A DNA stretch of 64,000 bases from Eubacteriales bacterium (lineage in GTDB: Bacteria; Bacillota; Clostridia; Christensenellales; Aristaeellaceae), in contig JAVBVF010000022.1 of NCBI GenBank assembly GCA_031554475.1, forward strand, positions 21,767-85,766, in the 5' to 3' direction. Below are positions 27,309-36,950 of the stretch, piece after piece. The position numbers and the translations under genes were made by a program. The notes below the pieces were generated by a model. That model was not told the DNA's origin, did not search any database, and worked only from the letters and a program-made list of their open reading frames with translations. The first letter of the stretch is position 1, and each line of letters opens with the position of its first letter.

Positions 27309-27322
27309 TGGTGATCATACCA
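27309..27322. promoter_or_regulatory. GntR/FadR-type operator candidate TGGTGATCATACCA
   Basis: Outer TGGT...ACCA symmetry matching the general GntR-family GT-Nx-AC pattern. It lies in the 102-nt divergent region between the regulator and the E1-alpha gene. Confidence 0.35.
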
Positions 27323-27388
27323 TAAAGCGTGCAGGTGTTCAATGAGGGTTAGAAACGGGCGGCAAACCCCTTAGGAAATACGGGAGGA

Positions 27389-28357
27389 ATGATGGCAGTG
27401 GATCAAAAGCGGGCGTTGTGGATTTACACAACCATGAACAGAATCCGGAAGTTTGAGGAAAAAGCCGTGCAGCTGTTTGAAAGCAACAAGCTGCGCGGTT
27501 CCGTGCACCTTTACATTGGCGAGGAGGCCATCGCGGCCACCGTGTGCTCTTCTATGAGCGACCTGGATTACATCACCAGCACCCATCGCGGCCACGGCCA
27601 CGCCATTGCCAAAGGCGCGGCGCTGGACCGCGCCCTGGCGGAGTTGATGGGCAAAGCCACGGGATATTGCAAGGGGCGTGGCGGCTCCATGCATATCGCG
27701 GATTTGGAAAAGGGCAATCTGGGCGCAAACGCCATTGTGGGCGGCGGGATTCCCATTGCGGTGGGCGGCGCTTTGGCCCAAAAGATGAAGGGACAAAAGA
27801 ACTTTACCGTCAGCTTTTTTGGGGACGGGGGCTCGAACCAAGGCACGGCCCATGAATCCATGAACCTTGCCTCCCTGTGGAAGCTGCCCATCATTTTCAT
27901 TTGTGAAAACAACGGCTTTGGCATCTCGGTACCCACTTGGCAGTCCACCAGTGTCAAAGACATTGCCGTGCGCGCGGCGGGCTATGACATGCCTGGGGAA
28001 ACCGTGGACGGAAACGATGTGATGGCCATTGACGCGGCTATGGCCCGGGCCAAGGAACGGGCCGTAAGCGGCCAAGGCCCCACCCTGATCGAGTGTAAGA
28101 CCTACCGCTGGAAGGGCCACTGGACGGGGGATCCCGAGCCCTACCGCACCCGGGAAGAGGTGGCGGCCTGGATGGAACGCTGCCCCATCAAGCAGTTTCG
28201 CGCCCATTTGCTCAAAAGCGGCCTGGCTACGGAAAAAGAGCTGGACAAGATCGAAGCGGCGGCTGCATTGGAAATGGAAAAGGCCACGGAGTTCGCGCTG
28301 GAAAGTCCGGAGCCGGATCCCGCCCATGTCATGGACGATGTCTTTTTTGTAGGGTAA
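27389..28357 (+). CDS. acetoin/2-oxoacid dehydrogenase E1 alpha subunit (AcoA-like), copy 2
   Basis: HLYIGEEAIA, GRGGSMHIA, GDGGSNQG and YRWKGHWTGD. Confidence 0.9.
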   Translation: MMAVDQKRALWIYTTMNRIRKFEEKAVQLFESNKLRGSVHLYIGEEAIAATVCSSMSDLDYITSTHRGHGHAIAKGAALDRALAELMGKATGYCKGRGGSMHIADLEKGNLGANAIVGGGIPIAVGGALAQKMKGQKNFTVSFFGDGGSNQGTAHESMNLASLWKLPIIFICENNGFGISVPTWQSTSVKDIAVRAAGYDMPGETVDGNDVMAIDAAMARAKERAVSGQGPTLIECKTYRWKGHWTGDPEPYRTREEVAAWMERCPIKQFRAHLLKSGLATEKELDKIEAAAALEMEKATEFALESPEPDPAHVMDDVFFVG

Positions 28358-28372
28358 GGGGGGAGAACCACA

Positions 28373-29353
28373 ATGAGTGTAAAGACTTATGCCGTCGCCA
28401 TCCGCGACACCATTGCCCAGGAAATGCGCCGCGATGAGAACGTGTTTATCATGGGCGAGGATATCGAAGTATTGGGTGGTATTTTTGGATGTACAAGGGA
28501 CCTGGCCAAGGAATTTGGCACCGAACGCGTTCGCAATACGCCGATTTCGGAAGCTACGTTTGTGGGTGCGGGCGTAGGCGCGGCTTCCGCAGGCATGCGG
28601 CCCATCGTGGAGCTCATGTACATGGATTTCACCTATGTGGCCATGGATCAGATTCTCAATCAAGCGGCGAAAATCCGCTATATGTTTGGCGGAAAGGCAA
28701 AAGTACCGCTGGTCATCCGCGGCCAGCAGGGCATCGGGCGGGGCAACGCGGGGCAGCACAGCCAGAGCGTGGAATCTCTGTTTATGCATATTCCAGGCAT
28801 CAAGGTGGCGTGCCCCTCCACGCCGGCGGAGGCGGCCGGCCTTTTGCGCACCGCCATCCGCGACGATAATCCGGTGATGTTCTTTGAACATAAGGCGCTA
28901 TACGCCACAAAGGGCGAGGTGCCGGATGATCCGGAGTTCGCCATTCCCTTTGGGCAGGCGGCCGTGAAGCGGGAGGGGGCGGACGTGACCCTTGTGGCCA
29001 ACCTGCTGTATGTTTCCAAAGCGCTGGAAGCTGCGGAAATCCTGGAAAAGGAAGGCATTCATGCCGAGGTGATCGATATTCGCACGCTGGTGCCACTGGA
29101 CATGGATACCATCGTGAAGAGCGTGCAAAAAACCGGCCGCATCATCACGGTGCATGAGGCCCACCACGACGGGGGCTGGGGGGCGGAGGTGGCCGCCCAG
29201 GTGACGGAGAAAGCCTTCCGCTATCTGGACGGGCCGCCCATTCGCCTGGGTGCGAAGATGTGCACCCTTCCTTTCAACCTGGGGCTGGAAAACGCGGTTG
29301 TGCCGCAGGTGAGCGAGATCGTAGCGGCTGCCAAGCGGTCGTTGTATAGGTAA
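28373..29353 (+). CDS. acetoin/2-oxoacid dehydrogenase E1 beta subunit (AcoB-like), copy 2
   Basis: MSVKTYAVAIRDTIAQEMRRDENVFIMGEDI; colinear with copy 1. Confidence 0.9.
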   Translation: MSVKTYAVAIRDTIAQEMRRDENVFIMGEDIEVLGGIFGCTRDLAKEFGTERVRNTPISEATFVGAGVGAASAGMRPIVELMYMDFTYVAMDQILNQAAKIRYMFGGKAKVPLVIRGQQGIGRGNAGQHSQSVESLFMHIPGIKVACPSTPAEAAGLLRTAIRDDNPVMFFEHKALYATKGEVPDDPEFAIPFGQAAVKREGADVTLVANLLYVSKALEAAEILEKEGIHAEVIDIRTLVPLDMDTIVKSVQKTGRIITVHEAHHDGGWGAEVAAQVTEKAFRYLDGPPIRLGAKMCTLPFNLGLENAVVPQVSEIVAAAKRSLYR

Positions 29354-29366
29354 GGAGGCGCAACCG

Positions 29367-30668
29367 ATGGCGGAGAGAGTTATCATGCCCAAGCAAGGGC
29401 TTCAAATGACGGAAGGCACCATCACCCAGTGGCTTGTGAAGGAGGGTGGGGATTGCGTCAGCGGGCAACCGCTTTTTGAGATGGAGACGGATAAGCTGGT
29501 GATCACCATCGACGCCAACGTGACGGGCAAGCTGCTGAAAATCATTGCCCCCGAGGGAACCACTGTCCCCATTACCGAAACCATTGCCGTGATTGGGAGC
29601 GAAGGGGAGGATATTTCCGCCCTGCTAAGCATTGCCACAGCGGCAGCAAATCCCGAGCCGCCCCAAGCGGCGTCGGCGGCCGCGCGCCAGGCGGCGCCAG
29701 CAGAGGCCCATAGCGCCAAAGCCGGCGGACCGGTGTACGCAACGCCGAGGGCCAAATGGCGGGCGGAGGAAAAGGGCGTTTCCGTGGAGCAAGTGGCGGG
29801 GACAGGGCCGGAGGGCTTGGTGGTGGAACGGGACGTGCTGGCCTACACGCCGGTACGAGCCACCCCGCTGGCCAAGGCAGTCGCCCGGGAAGAAAAAGTC
29901 AATCTGGAAGACGTAACGGGCAGCGGCGTTCATGGGAAAATCACCCGAGCGGATGTGGAGGCGTTGGTTGCCGCCCGCAAGAGCGGGTACGAACGCAGCG
30001 CCACGTTGGTTCCTTACGACGGCAAGCGCAAGATGATCGGCGACAAGATGCAGGCCTCCCTTCGCAATCACGCCCAGCTTTCCCACCAGATCAAGGTGGA
30101 CATGACCCGGGCAGCGGAGCTTCGGGAGAGCTTCAAGGCAAACGGCCAAAAGGTTTCCTACAACGATATCGTTTTGTTTGCCACCGCCCGTGCACTGGTG
30201 GATTTCCCCATGATGAACGCCGAGCTGACAGAGGAGGGGATCCTTCTCAAGGAGGCCGTGCACTTGGGGATGGCGGTGGATATACCCTCGGGGTTGATCG
30301 TTCCGGTGATTCGGGATGCGGACTTGCTTCGCCTGCCCGAATTGAGCGCCTGCGCCGCTGAACTGGCGCAAAAGGCCAAAAGCGGCCAGCTAAAGCCTGC
30401 CGAGTACACGGGCGGCAGCTTTACGGTATCAAACCTCGGCATGTTTGGGCTGGAGAGCTTCGTGCCGATCCTCAACACGCCGGAAACGGGCATTTTAGGC
30501 GTGGGACAAATCCAAAAGCAACCCGTTGTGGTGGAAGATGAAATCGTCATCCGGCCCATGGTGTGCCTGACGTTGACCTATGATCACCGTGTGATGGATG
30601 GCGCTCCGGCGGCCCAGTTCCTGGCCAGGGTGAAACAGTATTTGGAAAATCCCTGCCTGTTGTTGTGA
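29367..30668 (+). CDS. dihydrolipoamide acyltransferase E2 (lipoyl domain + subunit-binding domain + catalytic domain)
   Basis: Lipoyl-lysine motif EMETDKLV, an Ala/Pro linker, a PSBD-like ATPRAKWRAEEKGV segment and the catalytic DHRVMDG. Confidence 0.92.
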   Translation: MAERVIMPKQGLQMTEGTITQWLVKEGGDCVSGQPLFEMETDKLVITIDANVTGKLLKIIAPEGTTVPITETIAVIGSEGEDISALLSIATAAANPEPPQAASAAARQAAPAEAHSAKAGGPVYATPRAKWRAEEKGVSVEQVAGTGPEGLVVERDVLAYTPVRATPLAKAVAREEKVNLEDVTGSGVHGKITRADVEALVAARKSGYERSATLVPYDGKRKMIGDKMQASLRNHAQLSHQIKVDMTRAAELRESFKANGQKVSYNDIVLFATARALVDFPMMNAELTEEGILLKEAVHLGMAVDIPSGLIVPVIRDADLLRLPELSACAAELAQKAKSGQLKPAEYTGGSFTVSNLGMFGLESFVPILNTPETGILGVGQIQKQPVVVEDEIVIRPMVCLTLTYDHRVMDGAPAAQFLARVKQYLENPCLLL

Positions 30669-30750
30669 GATGGCGGCCAAAGGAGACGGGAAATAAGCGG
30701 ACCGCCCAATGCAAGCCGATGGTCCCAATACCAAGGGGGAGGGTTGATAG

Positions 30751-32112
30751 ATGGATTTATTTGATGTGGCCGTGCTGGGCGGGGGTCCTGGGGGCTATGT
30801 GGCCGCCATCCGCGCGGCGCAGTTGGGCAAAACCGTTGCGCTCATTGAAAAGCGCGAGTTGGGCGGCACATGCCTAAACCGCGGCTGTATCCCTACCAAG
30901 GCGCTTTTGCACAGCGCGGAGCTGTATGAAGAAATGAAGGAAGCCTCCAAGCTGGGGATCGTGGCCCGGGAGCTTTCCTTTGATTACGCGAAGATCGCCG
31001 CCCGCAGAGACGCCGTCGTCAAAAAGCTCCGCCTGGGCGTGGCGGGGCTGATGAAAGCCAATCGCATCACCGTATTTTCCGCTGAAGGGCGACTGAGCGA
31101 TCCGCATACCATCGTGACCGAACAGGAGACCCTCCGCGCGGATCAGGTGATTTTGGCCATGGGCTCCTGTCCGGCGGCGCTGCCCATTCCAGGAATCGAA
31201 TCGGCCTTGAATTCTGACGATGTGCTGGCCATGGACACGCTCCCCGCAAGCCTGGTGATCATTGGCGCGGGGGTGATTGGCGTGGAGTTTGCGACGCTTT
31301 TTTCCGCCCTGGGCGTGAAGGTGGCGCTGGTGGAAATGGCCAGCCAAATTCTGCCGGGAACGGACGAGGAAATCGCCGCCTTGATGCGCAAACGGCTGGA
31401 AAAGAAAAAGGTGACCATTCATACGGACGCCAAGGTGCTGGAAGTGAAAGACGGCAAGGAGTGCGTGTTTGAAGCGGCGGGCAAGCAGCAGCGCGAGGCG
31501 GGGGAGAAGGTCATCGTGGCCGTGGGTCGAAAGCCAGCCACGGAAGGCTTAGGGTTGGAAGCCCTTGGCATATCCCTGGAACGGGGCTTTGTGACAGTGG
31601 ATGAGGAGATGCGCACCAGCATCCCCGGGGTGTTCGCCATTGGCGACATTACGGGGAAAATGCAACTGGCCCATGTGGCCAGCGCCCAGGGGTGCGTGGC
31701 CGCAGAAAACGCTTGCGGCGGGTATCGAAAAATGCGCTATGACATTGTGCCCTCCTGCATCTATACCAGCCCTGAGATCGCCAGCGTGGGCTTGACCCAG
31801 GCGCAGGCCCTGGGCCTGGGCAAGGATGTGAAGATCGGGTCCTTCCCTGTGGCGGCCAATGGCCGCAGTTCCATCATGAACGTCAGCGAAGGGGTGGCCA
31901 AGATCGTCACCGATGCCCGAACGGGAGAGATTTTGGGGGCGCAGATCATGGCGCCCCGGGCCACCGATATGATTGCGGAAATCGCCGCGGTGATGCGCGC
32001 CGAAGGCACGGTGGAGGAACTGGCCGATACCATTCATCCGCATCCCACCGTTAGTGAAATCCTGATGGAAGCGGCCCACGACGTGCACCATCAATGCTGC
32101 CATAAGATATAG
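30751..32112 (+). CDS. lpdA: dihydrolipoyl dehydrogenase E3
   Basis: GGGPGGYVAAIRAAQLG; redox-active GGTCLNRGCIPTKALL. Ends with TAG. Confidence 0.93.
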   Translation: MDLFDVAVLGGGPGGYVAAIRAAQLGKTVALIEKRELGGTCLNRGCIPTKALLHSAELYEEMKEASKLGIVARELSFDYAKIAARRDAVVKKLRLGVAGLMKANRITVFSAEGRLSDPHTIVTEQETLRADQVILAMGSCPAALPIPGIESALNSDDVLAMDTLPASLVIIGAGVIGVEFATLFSALGVKVALVEMASQILPGTDEEIAALMRKRLEKKKVTIHTDAKVLEVKDGKECVFEAAGKQQREAGEKVIVAVGRKPATEGLGLEALGISLERGFVTVDEEMRTSIPGVFAIGDITGKMQLAHVASAQGCVAAENACGGYRKMRYDIVPSCIYTSPEIASVGLTQAQALGLGKDVKIGSFPVAANGRSSIMNVSEGVAKIVTDARTGEILGAQIMAPRATDMIAEIAAVMRAEGTVEELADTIHPHPTVSEILMEAAHDVHHQCCHKI

Positions 32113-32122
32113 GAGCAACCCT

Positions 32123-33376
32123 ATGCAAGTAACATTAGCCTATGCCAAGGGAGAACAGGAAGTAACGGTTCAGGAGGAGCAGGTGCTGCGGGTGCTGGCC
32201 CCTAACCCTGTGGACATTACGGGTCCCCGGGGGGAGGAAGCCGTGCGGAAGGCCCTGGCGAGTCCCATCGGAACCAAGCCCCTGGGGGAGATCCTGCGCC
32301 CGGGAGAGAGCGTTGTGATCGTCACCAGCGATGTGACCCGCCCTTTTCCCGCGTATCAGGTGCTGCCATCGTTGCTTAAGGAGTTGGCGGCAGCGGGGAT
32401 CGCCATGGACGATGTGCTCATTGTGTTTGCGTTGGGCTCCCATCGCAAGCACAGTGAGGCGGAAATGCGCCAGCTCGTGGGAGATAAGGTCTTTGAACGA
32501 GTGCGCTGCGTGGACCATGATCCGGCGGACTGCGTCCGCATGGGCGTTTCTTCCTATGGAACGCCCTACGATGTATTCCGGCCCGTGGCGGAGGCCAAAC
32601 GTCGAATTTGCTTGGGAAACATTGAATACCACTATTTTGCCGGTTATTCCGGCGGGGCGAAGGCCATTATGCCTGGCGTGTGCCAGCGGGAGGCGATCCA
32701 ATCCAACCATTCCATGATGGTGCGGGAGGAAGCCCATGCCGGACGGCTGGAGGGGAACCCCGTGCGGGCGGACATTGACGAGGTGCTTCGCTATTGCCCC
32801 GTGGATTTTATTGTGAACGTGGTGCTGGATGAGCACAAGGAGATCCTGTACGCGGTCAGCGGCGATCCTGTGTTGGCCCATCGGGAGGGTTGCGCCTTTC
32901 TGGATCGGCTTTACAAAACCCCTATACCGGCCAGGGCGGATATCGTGCTGGTGTCCCCAGGGGGGTACCCCAAGGACATCAACCTTTACCAGGCCCAAAA
33001 GGCGCTGGATAACGCCAAGCACGCCGTGCGTGACGGCGGGGTGATCGTGCTATGCGCCTCTTGCGCCGAAGGGCTGGGGGAAAAGGTGTTTGAGCGGTGG
33101 ATGACCACCGCGCCCGATACCCGACACCTGACCCTAGAGATCCAGCGAAATTTCGAGCTTGGGGGGCATAAGGCGGCGGCCATCGCCATGGTGATGGAAC
33201 GGTGCCAGGTGTTTTTGGTCAGCGATTTGCCGGAGGAGTTTGTGTCTCAAATCTTTTTCAAGCCTTATCCATCGCTGGAAGCGGCGTATCAGGCGGCGCA
33301 GCAACAATTGGGGGAGAATGCGAGCGTCATCGTGATGCCTTACGGCGGTTCCACCTTGCCCCAGGTTCGGGAATAA
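32123..33376 (+). CDS. larA: LarA-family nickel-pincer-cofactor-dependent 2-hydroxyacid racemase/epimerase homolog
   Basis: VTSDVTRPFP, ALGSHRKH, YHYFAGYSGGAKAIMPG (Lys in the position of the cofactor-tethering Lys) and QSNHSMM (His). Starts 10 nt after the E3 stop. Confidence 0.85.
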   Translation: MQVTLAYAKGEQEVTVQEEQVLRVLAPNPVDITGPRGEEAVRKALASPIGTKPLGEILRPGESVVIVTSDVTRPFPAYQVLPSLLKELAAAGIAMDDVLIVFALGSHRKHSEAEMRQLVGDKVFERVRCVDHDPADCVRMGVSSYGTPYDVFRPVAEAKRRICLGNIEYHYFAGYSGGAKAIMPGVCQREAIQSNHSMMVREEAHAGRLEGNPVRADIDEVLRYCPVDFIVNVVLDEHKEILYAVSGDPVLAHREGCAFLDRLYKTPIPARADIVLVSPGGYPKDINLYQAQKALDNAKHAVRDGGVIVLCASCAEGLGEKVFERWMTTAPDTRHLTLEIQRNFELGGHKAAAIAMVMERCQVFLVSDLPEEFVSQIFFKPYPSLEAAYQAAQQQLGENASVIVMPYGGSTLPQVRE

Positions 33377-33444
33377 CGCGCAAGGCAAAACCAGGGATTT
33401 TTGTCCGCTTGCGGGCGGGGCTGTCATGATCCGAGGAGGTGGGG

Positions 33445-34371
33445 ATGATGAAGATCGGCGTTGAGATTGGCGCCACAAAATTGCAAGTGATCGTAACGGA
33501 TGCCCAGGGAAACATCCATCAAACCCTTCGCCATGGGGTGGAGCGGGGCGAGGACGCCCAGGACATTCTCCAGTGGACGGCGCAGGCCATTGGCGCCCTT
33601 CGGGAGAAAAGCCCAAAACCCTTGGAGGGCATTGGGGTAGGATTTGGCGGGATTATTTCCCGCAGTTCCGGAGCCACACAGTTTTCCGTGCAGGTGAAAG
33701 GCTGGGAGCATTTCCCGTTGCGGGACTATTATCAGGCTACCTTCGGGCTTCCCTGCGTGGTGGAAAACGATACCGTATGCGGCGGCCTAGCCGAGTTTAA
33801 GCTGGGGAGCGGCAAAGGTACGAAAGGGTTCTTTTACACCAACATCGGCAGCGGCATCGGCGGTGCGCTTTTTGCGCAAGGACAGCTGCTTAAAGGGCAA
33901 GATTTGGGCTGCGCCTACTTTGGGCATACCTGGGTACCCTCCTGGGAATCGGCCAACGAACCCGAGAAAGTGGAAAATCTTTGTTCCGGCTTTGCCATTG
34001 AACGCAGACTCAACCGGCCAGGGTATGTACCCGTGTCTTCCGCTCTTTTACGGCTGAGCGGTGGAGGCAACCTTACCTGCAGGCACCTGGGGCAGGCTGC
34101 CCTGGAGGGGGATGCCTTTGCCCTGACGGAGATTGACCGAGTGGCCCGCAGCTTTGGCATCGGACTGGCCAACGTGCTCACGCTTTTGCATCCGGAGCGG
34201 ATTGCCATTGGCGGCGGCGTTTCCAACCTAGGAGAGGCGCTGCTTGCGCCCCTCAGGCGCTACGCTCGACAGTACGCTTTTGAACCCTGCAAGGAAGGGT
34301 TTGAGATTGTGCGCTGCACCTACACGGAAGAAGCGGTGCCGCTGGGGGCGGCCTTGCTCCTTTCCCAATAA
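33445..34371 (+). CDS. ROK-family kinase-like protein (no CxCGxxGC zinc motif seen)
   Basis: Within ORF 33439-34371; ATG 33445/33448 follows GAGGAGG. MMKIGVEIGATKL, GIGVGFGG, VENDTVCGGLAEF. Confidence 0.75.
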   Translation: MMKIGVEIGATKLQVIVTDAQGNIHQTLRHGVERGEDAQDILQWTAQAIGALREKSPKPLEGIGVGFGGIISRSSGATQFSVQVKGWEHFPLRDYYQATFGLPCVVENDTVCGGLAEFKLGSGKGTKGFFYTNIGSGIGGALFAQGQLLKGQDLGCAYFGHTWVPSWESANEPEKVENLCSGFAIERRLNRPGYVPVSSALLRLSGGGNLTCRHLGQAALEGDAFALTEIDRVARSFGIGLANVLTLLHPERIAIGGGVSNLGEALLAPLRRYARQYAFEPCKEGFEIVRCTYTEEAVPLGAALLLSQ

Positions 34372-34388
34372 AGAGGAGGTTTCACAGG

Positions 34389-35048
34389 ATGAAAAAAATG
34401 GCAATTATCCATACCAGCTTTGTATCCGTCAATGACCTGGGCGCCTTGTGCAAGGAACTGCTGCCTGGGGTATCGGTGGTCAACATTGTGGACGACAGCC
34501 TTTTGCCCGAGGTGCGGGAGCACGAGGGATTGACCCAAGATGTGACCCGGCGAATTTGCGCCTACGCCGTAGAAGCCCAGCAAATGGGCTGCGACGCGAT
34601 TCTCAACCAGTGCTCCTCCGTGGGCGAGGCGGTGGATGTGGCGCGAGGGTTGATCAATATTCCCTATGTGAAGGTGGATGAGCCTATGGCGGAAAAGGCC
34701 GCGGCGATGGGCGGACGGATTGCCGTGATGGCTACGGTACCCACCACCCTGGGCCCTAGCTGCCGCTTGGTGGAGCGCGCTGCCCAGAAGCTGGGCGTAC
34801 ACGCCGAGGTGGTTCCTGTGTATGTGGATGGGGCTTTTGATGTGCTGATTCGCCAGGGAAGCGAGGCTCACAACGCCATGGTATTGGACCGTGTGCGCGA
34901 AGAGGCGCATAGGTCCAGCTGCGTGGTGCTGGCCCAAGGCAGCATGCTCTGCCTGGCTCCCTTGGTGGCCGATATGCCTGTGCCCGTGCTGACCAGCCCA
35001 AGGCTTGGGGTGGAGCGTATGCAGAAGGTTTTGGGCATCACGGGCTGA
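34389..35048 (+). CDS. Asp/Glu/hydantoin racemase-family protein
   Basis: 219 aa. AILNQCSSVG and VVLAQGSM segments lie in the two half-domain positions typical of this fold. GAGGAGG RBS. Confidence 0.7.
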   Translation: MKKMAIIHTSFVSVNDLGALCKELLPGVSVVNIVDDSLLPEVREHEGLTQDVTRRICAYAVEAQQMGCDAILNQCSSVGEAVDVARGLINIPYVKVDEPMAEKAAAMGGRIAVMATVPTTLGPSCRLVERAAQKLGVHAEVVPVYVDGAFDVLIRQGSEAHNAMVLDRVREEAHRSSCVVLAQGSMLCLAPLVADMPVPVLTSPRLGVERMQKVLGITG

Positions 35049-35160
35049 GGGCCGGAAGGAACGGGGCGAAAAGGCCCCGTGCTGCGGAACATTCGGTTTG
35101 TTTAGGAATAGGCAAAAGGCATCTTTGGGTTGCCTCATATCAATAAGGAGGGATTCCCCA

Positions 35161-35862
35161 ATGGCATACGATCAGAAGTACGGCAAATACTGTGATCATA
35201 CGGTGCTCAGGGCTTATACCACCCAAGAAATGGTGGCGGTATTTTGCGACGAGGCCATCCACTATGAGGCTGCCAGCGTTTGCGTGAATCCAATTCACGT
35301 TGCGTATGTGCATGAACGCTTGAAAGGAACCGGCGTGGAAACCTGCTGCGTGATCGGATTTCCCCTGGGAGCCAACAAGCCGGAGACCAAGGCGTTTGAA
35401 GCCGCCCAAGCGGTAAAGGACGGCGCGGACGAACTGGATATGGTGATCAACGTAGGCGCGTTGAGGGATGGGAAAGTGGAGTTGGTGCGCAAGGACATCC
35501 GGGGCGTGGTAGAGGCGGCGGCAGGCCGTCCGGTCAAGGTGATCATTGAAACTTGCTATCTTACGGATGAGGAAAAGCGCACCGCCAGCCGCCTGAGCGA
35601 AGAGGCCGGCGCAGCCTATGTGAAAACCTCCAGCGGCTTTGGTACCCGGGGGGCAACGGTAGAGGATCTTCAACTGATTCGCGCAACCGTCAGCCCGCAC
35701 ATCAAGATCAAGGCTTCCACCGATATCAATACCCGGGCGGATGCTGAGCGGATGATTGCCGCCGGCGCGGTTCGCCTAGGCGTATCCCGCACGCCCCAAA
35801 TTGTGGAGGACGACACAACCCTTGTGACCGCCACGGTCCGCAACAAGCCGCCAGTGGGTTAA
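35161..35862 (+). CDS. deoC: deoxyribose-phosphate aldolase
   Basis: Within ORF 35005-35862; ATG 35161 follows AAGGAGGG. CVNP, GFPLG, ELDMVIN and the Schiff-base region YVKTSSGF. Confidence 0.9.
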   Translation: MAYDQKYGKYCDHTVLRAYTTQEMVAVFCDEAIHYEAASVCVNPIHVAYVHERLKGTGVETCCVIGFPLGANKPETKAFEAAQAVKDGADELDMVINVGALRDGKVELVRKDIRGVVEAAAGRPVKVIIETCYLTDEEKRTASRLSEEAGAAYVKTSSGFGTRGATVEDLQLIRATVSPHIKIKASTDINTRADAERMIAAGAVRLGVSRTPQIVEDDTTLVTATVRNKPPVG

Positions 35863-35885
35863 GGCCTTGGAAAGGAGAAGCGGAT

Positions 35886-36950
35886 ATGAATCAATCCAAC
35901 CAGGATCGGCTTCGCTACCTTGGAAATTTGAGGCAGTTGTGTGGGATTAACCGGGTAACGTACAGCGAGGGCAAGCCGGACGGCGTTCGGGCGTACGAGC
36001 TGTATAACGCGGCAGGCCTATCCTTTACCTGCATGGACAGCCGCTGCATGGATATTTATCGGCTGTCCTACAAAGGCGTTAACCTTCCCTTTTTCTCCAA
36101 ACCGGGCCTTTGCGGACCGGCCCATACGGATCTACATGGGGTCAACTTCCTGCGCAGCATTGGAGGCGGGCTATTGTATACCTGCGGGCTTTCCAATGTG
36201 GGAAATGCCTTTGTGAGTGCGGAGGAGGGCATAGACGATATCTTCCATGGCAGGCTGCGCTTTGCCCCGGCGGAGAACACCGGCAGCTTTACCCGCTGGG
36301 AAAATGACGAGTATGTGATTGGCGTGCATGGGGAAATGCGGGACGCGTCCTTGTTCAAGGACAACCTGGTTTTGGCCCGTACCGTTACCACAAGCCTGGA
36401 CAGCAAGAGCATTCGTCTGGAAGATGTGGTGGAAAACCAGGGCTTTGAGTCCCAGGAGCTGATGTTAACATACCATATCAACTTAGGCCACCCGCTGGTG
36501 GCGGAGGGCTGCGAGGTGGGCATCCCTTCGGCGGGCGTAACCCCCATGAATGCTGCTGCGGAGAAGGGCGTGGGCGAGTGGGACCGCGTTTCCGGCCCCA
36601 TTGATGGATACGACGAGAACGTGTTTGTTCATAAGCTCCGCCAAAATGCCCAGGGCAAGGTGGTGGCAGGGCTATACAATCACAAGTTGGAGCTGGGCGT
36701 GCAGTTGACCTTCGACCATGAAACCATGGAATATATGGTACAATGGAAGTGCATGAGGTCCGGCGACTATGTGATGGGCATGTTCCCCTCCAACAACCAC
36801 GCGGCGGGGCGCGGATACGAGCGCGCCCAGGGAACCCTGAAGCGCATCGCGCCCTTTGAGCGCATCCAAACGGGCTTTACCCTCACCGTGCTGGACGGCC
36901 GGGCGGATTATCAGGTGTTTCGCAAGGCCTTGCAAGCCTGTGACCGCTAG
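35886..36950 (+). CDS. aldose 1-epimerase family protein (DUF4432-like)
   Basis: 354 aa with AAAGGAGAAG RBS. YTCGLSNVG...HGRLRF motif region. Ends with TAG. Confidence 0.7.
   Translation: MNQSNQDRLRYLGNLRQLCGINRVTYSEGKPDGVRAYELYNAAGLSFTCMDSRCMDIYRLSYKGVNLPFFSKPGLCGPAHTDLHGVNFLRSIGGGLLYTCGLSNVGNAFVSAEEGIDDIFHGRLRFAPAENTGSFTRWENDEYVIGVHGEMRDASLFKDNLVLARTVTTSLDSKSIRLEDVVENQGFESQELMLTYHINLGHPLVAEGCEVGIPSAGVTPMNAAAEKGVGEWDRVSGPIDGYDENVFVHKLRQNAQGKVVAGLYNHKLELGVQLTFDHETMEYMVQWKCMRSGDYVMGMFPSNNHAAGRGYERAQGTLKRIAPFERIQTGFTLTVLDGRADYQVFRKALQACDR

Noticed and set aside
27371-28891. 506-aa ORF on the minus strand. Similar long ORFs occur at 302-1561(+), 1740-2666(+), 15654-16775(+), 20613-21695(-), 21995-23107(-), 23663-24751(-), 24764-25741(-), 25557-26780(-), 32135-33022(-), 37469-38629(-), 48796-49857(-) and 54592-55944(-).
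   Set aside because: All lie antisense to genes with clear family motifs. They are Arg/Gly/Ala/His-rich with no recognisable motifs and lack RBSs. These are typical shadow ORFs of high-GC coding DNA.
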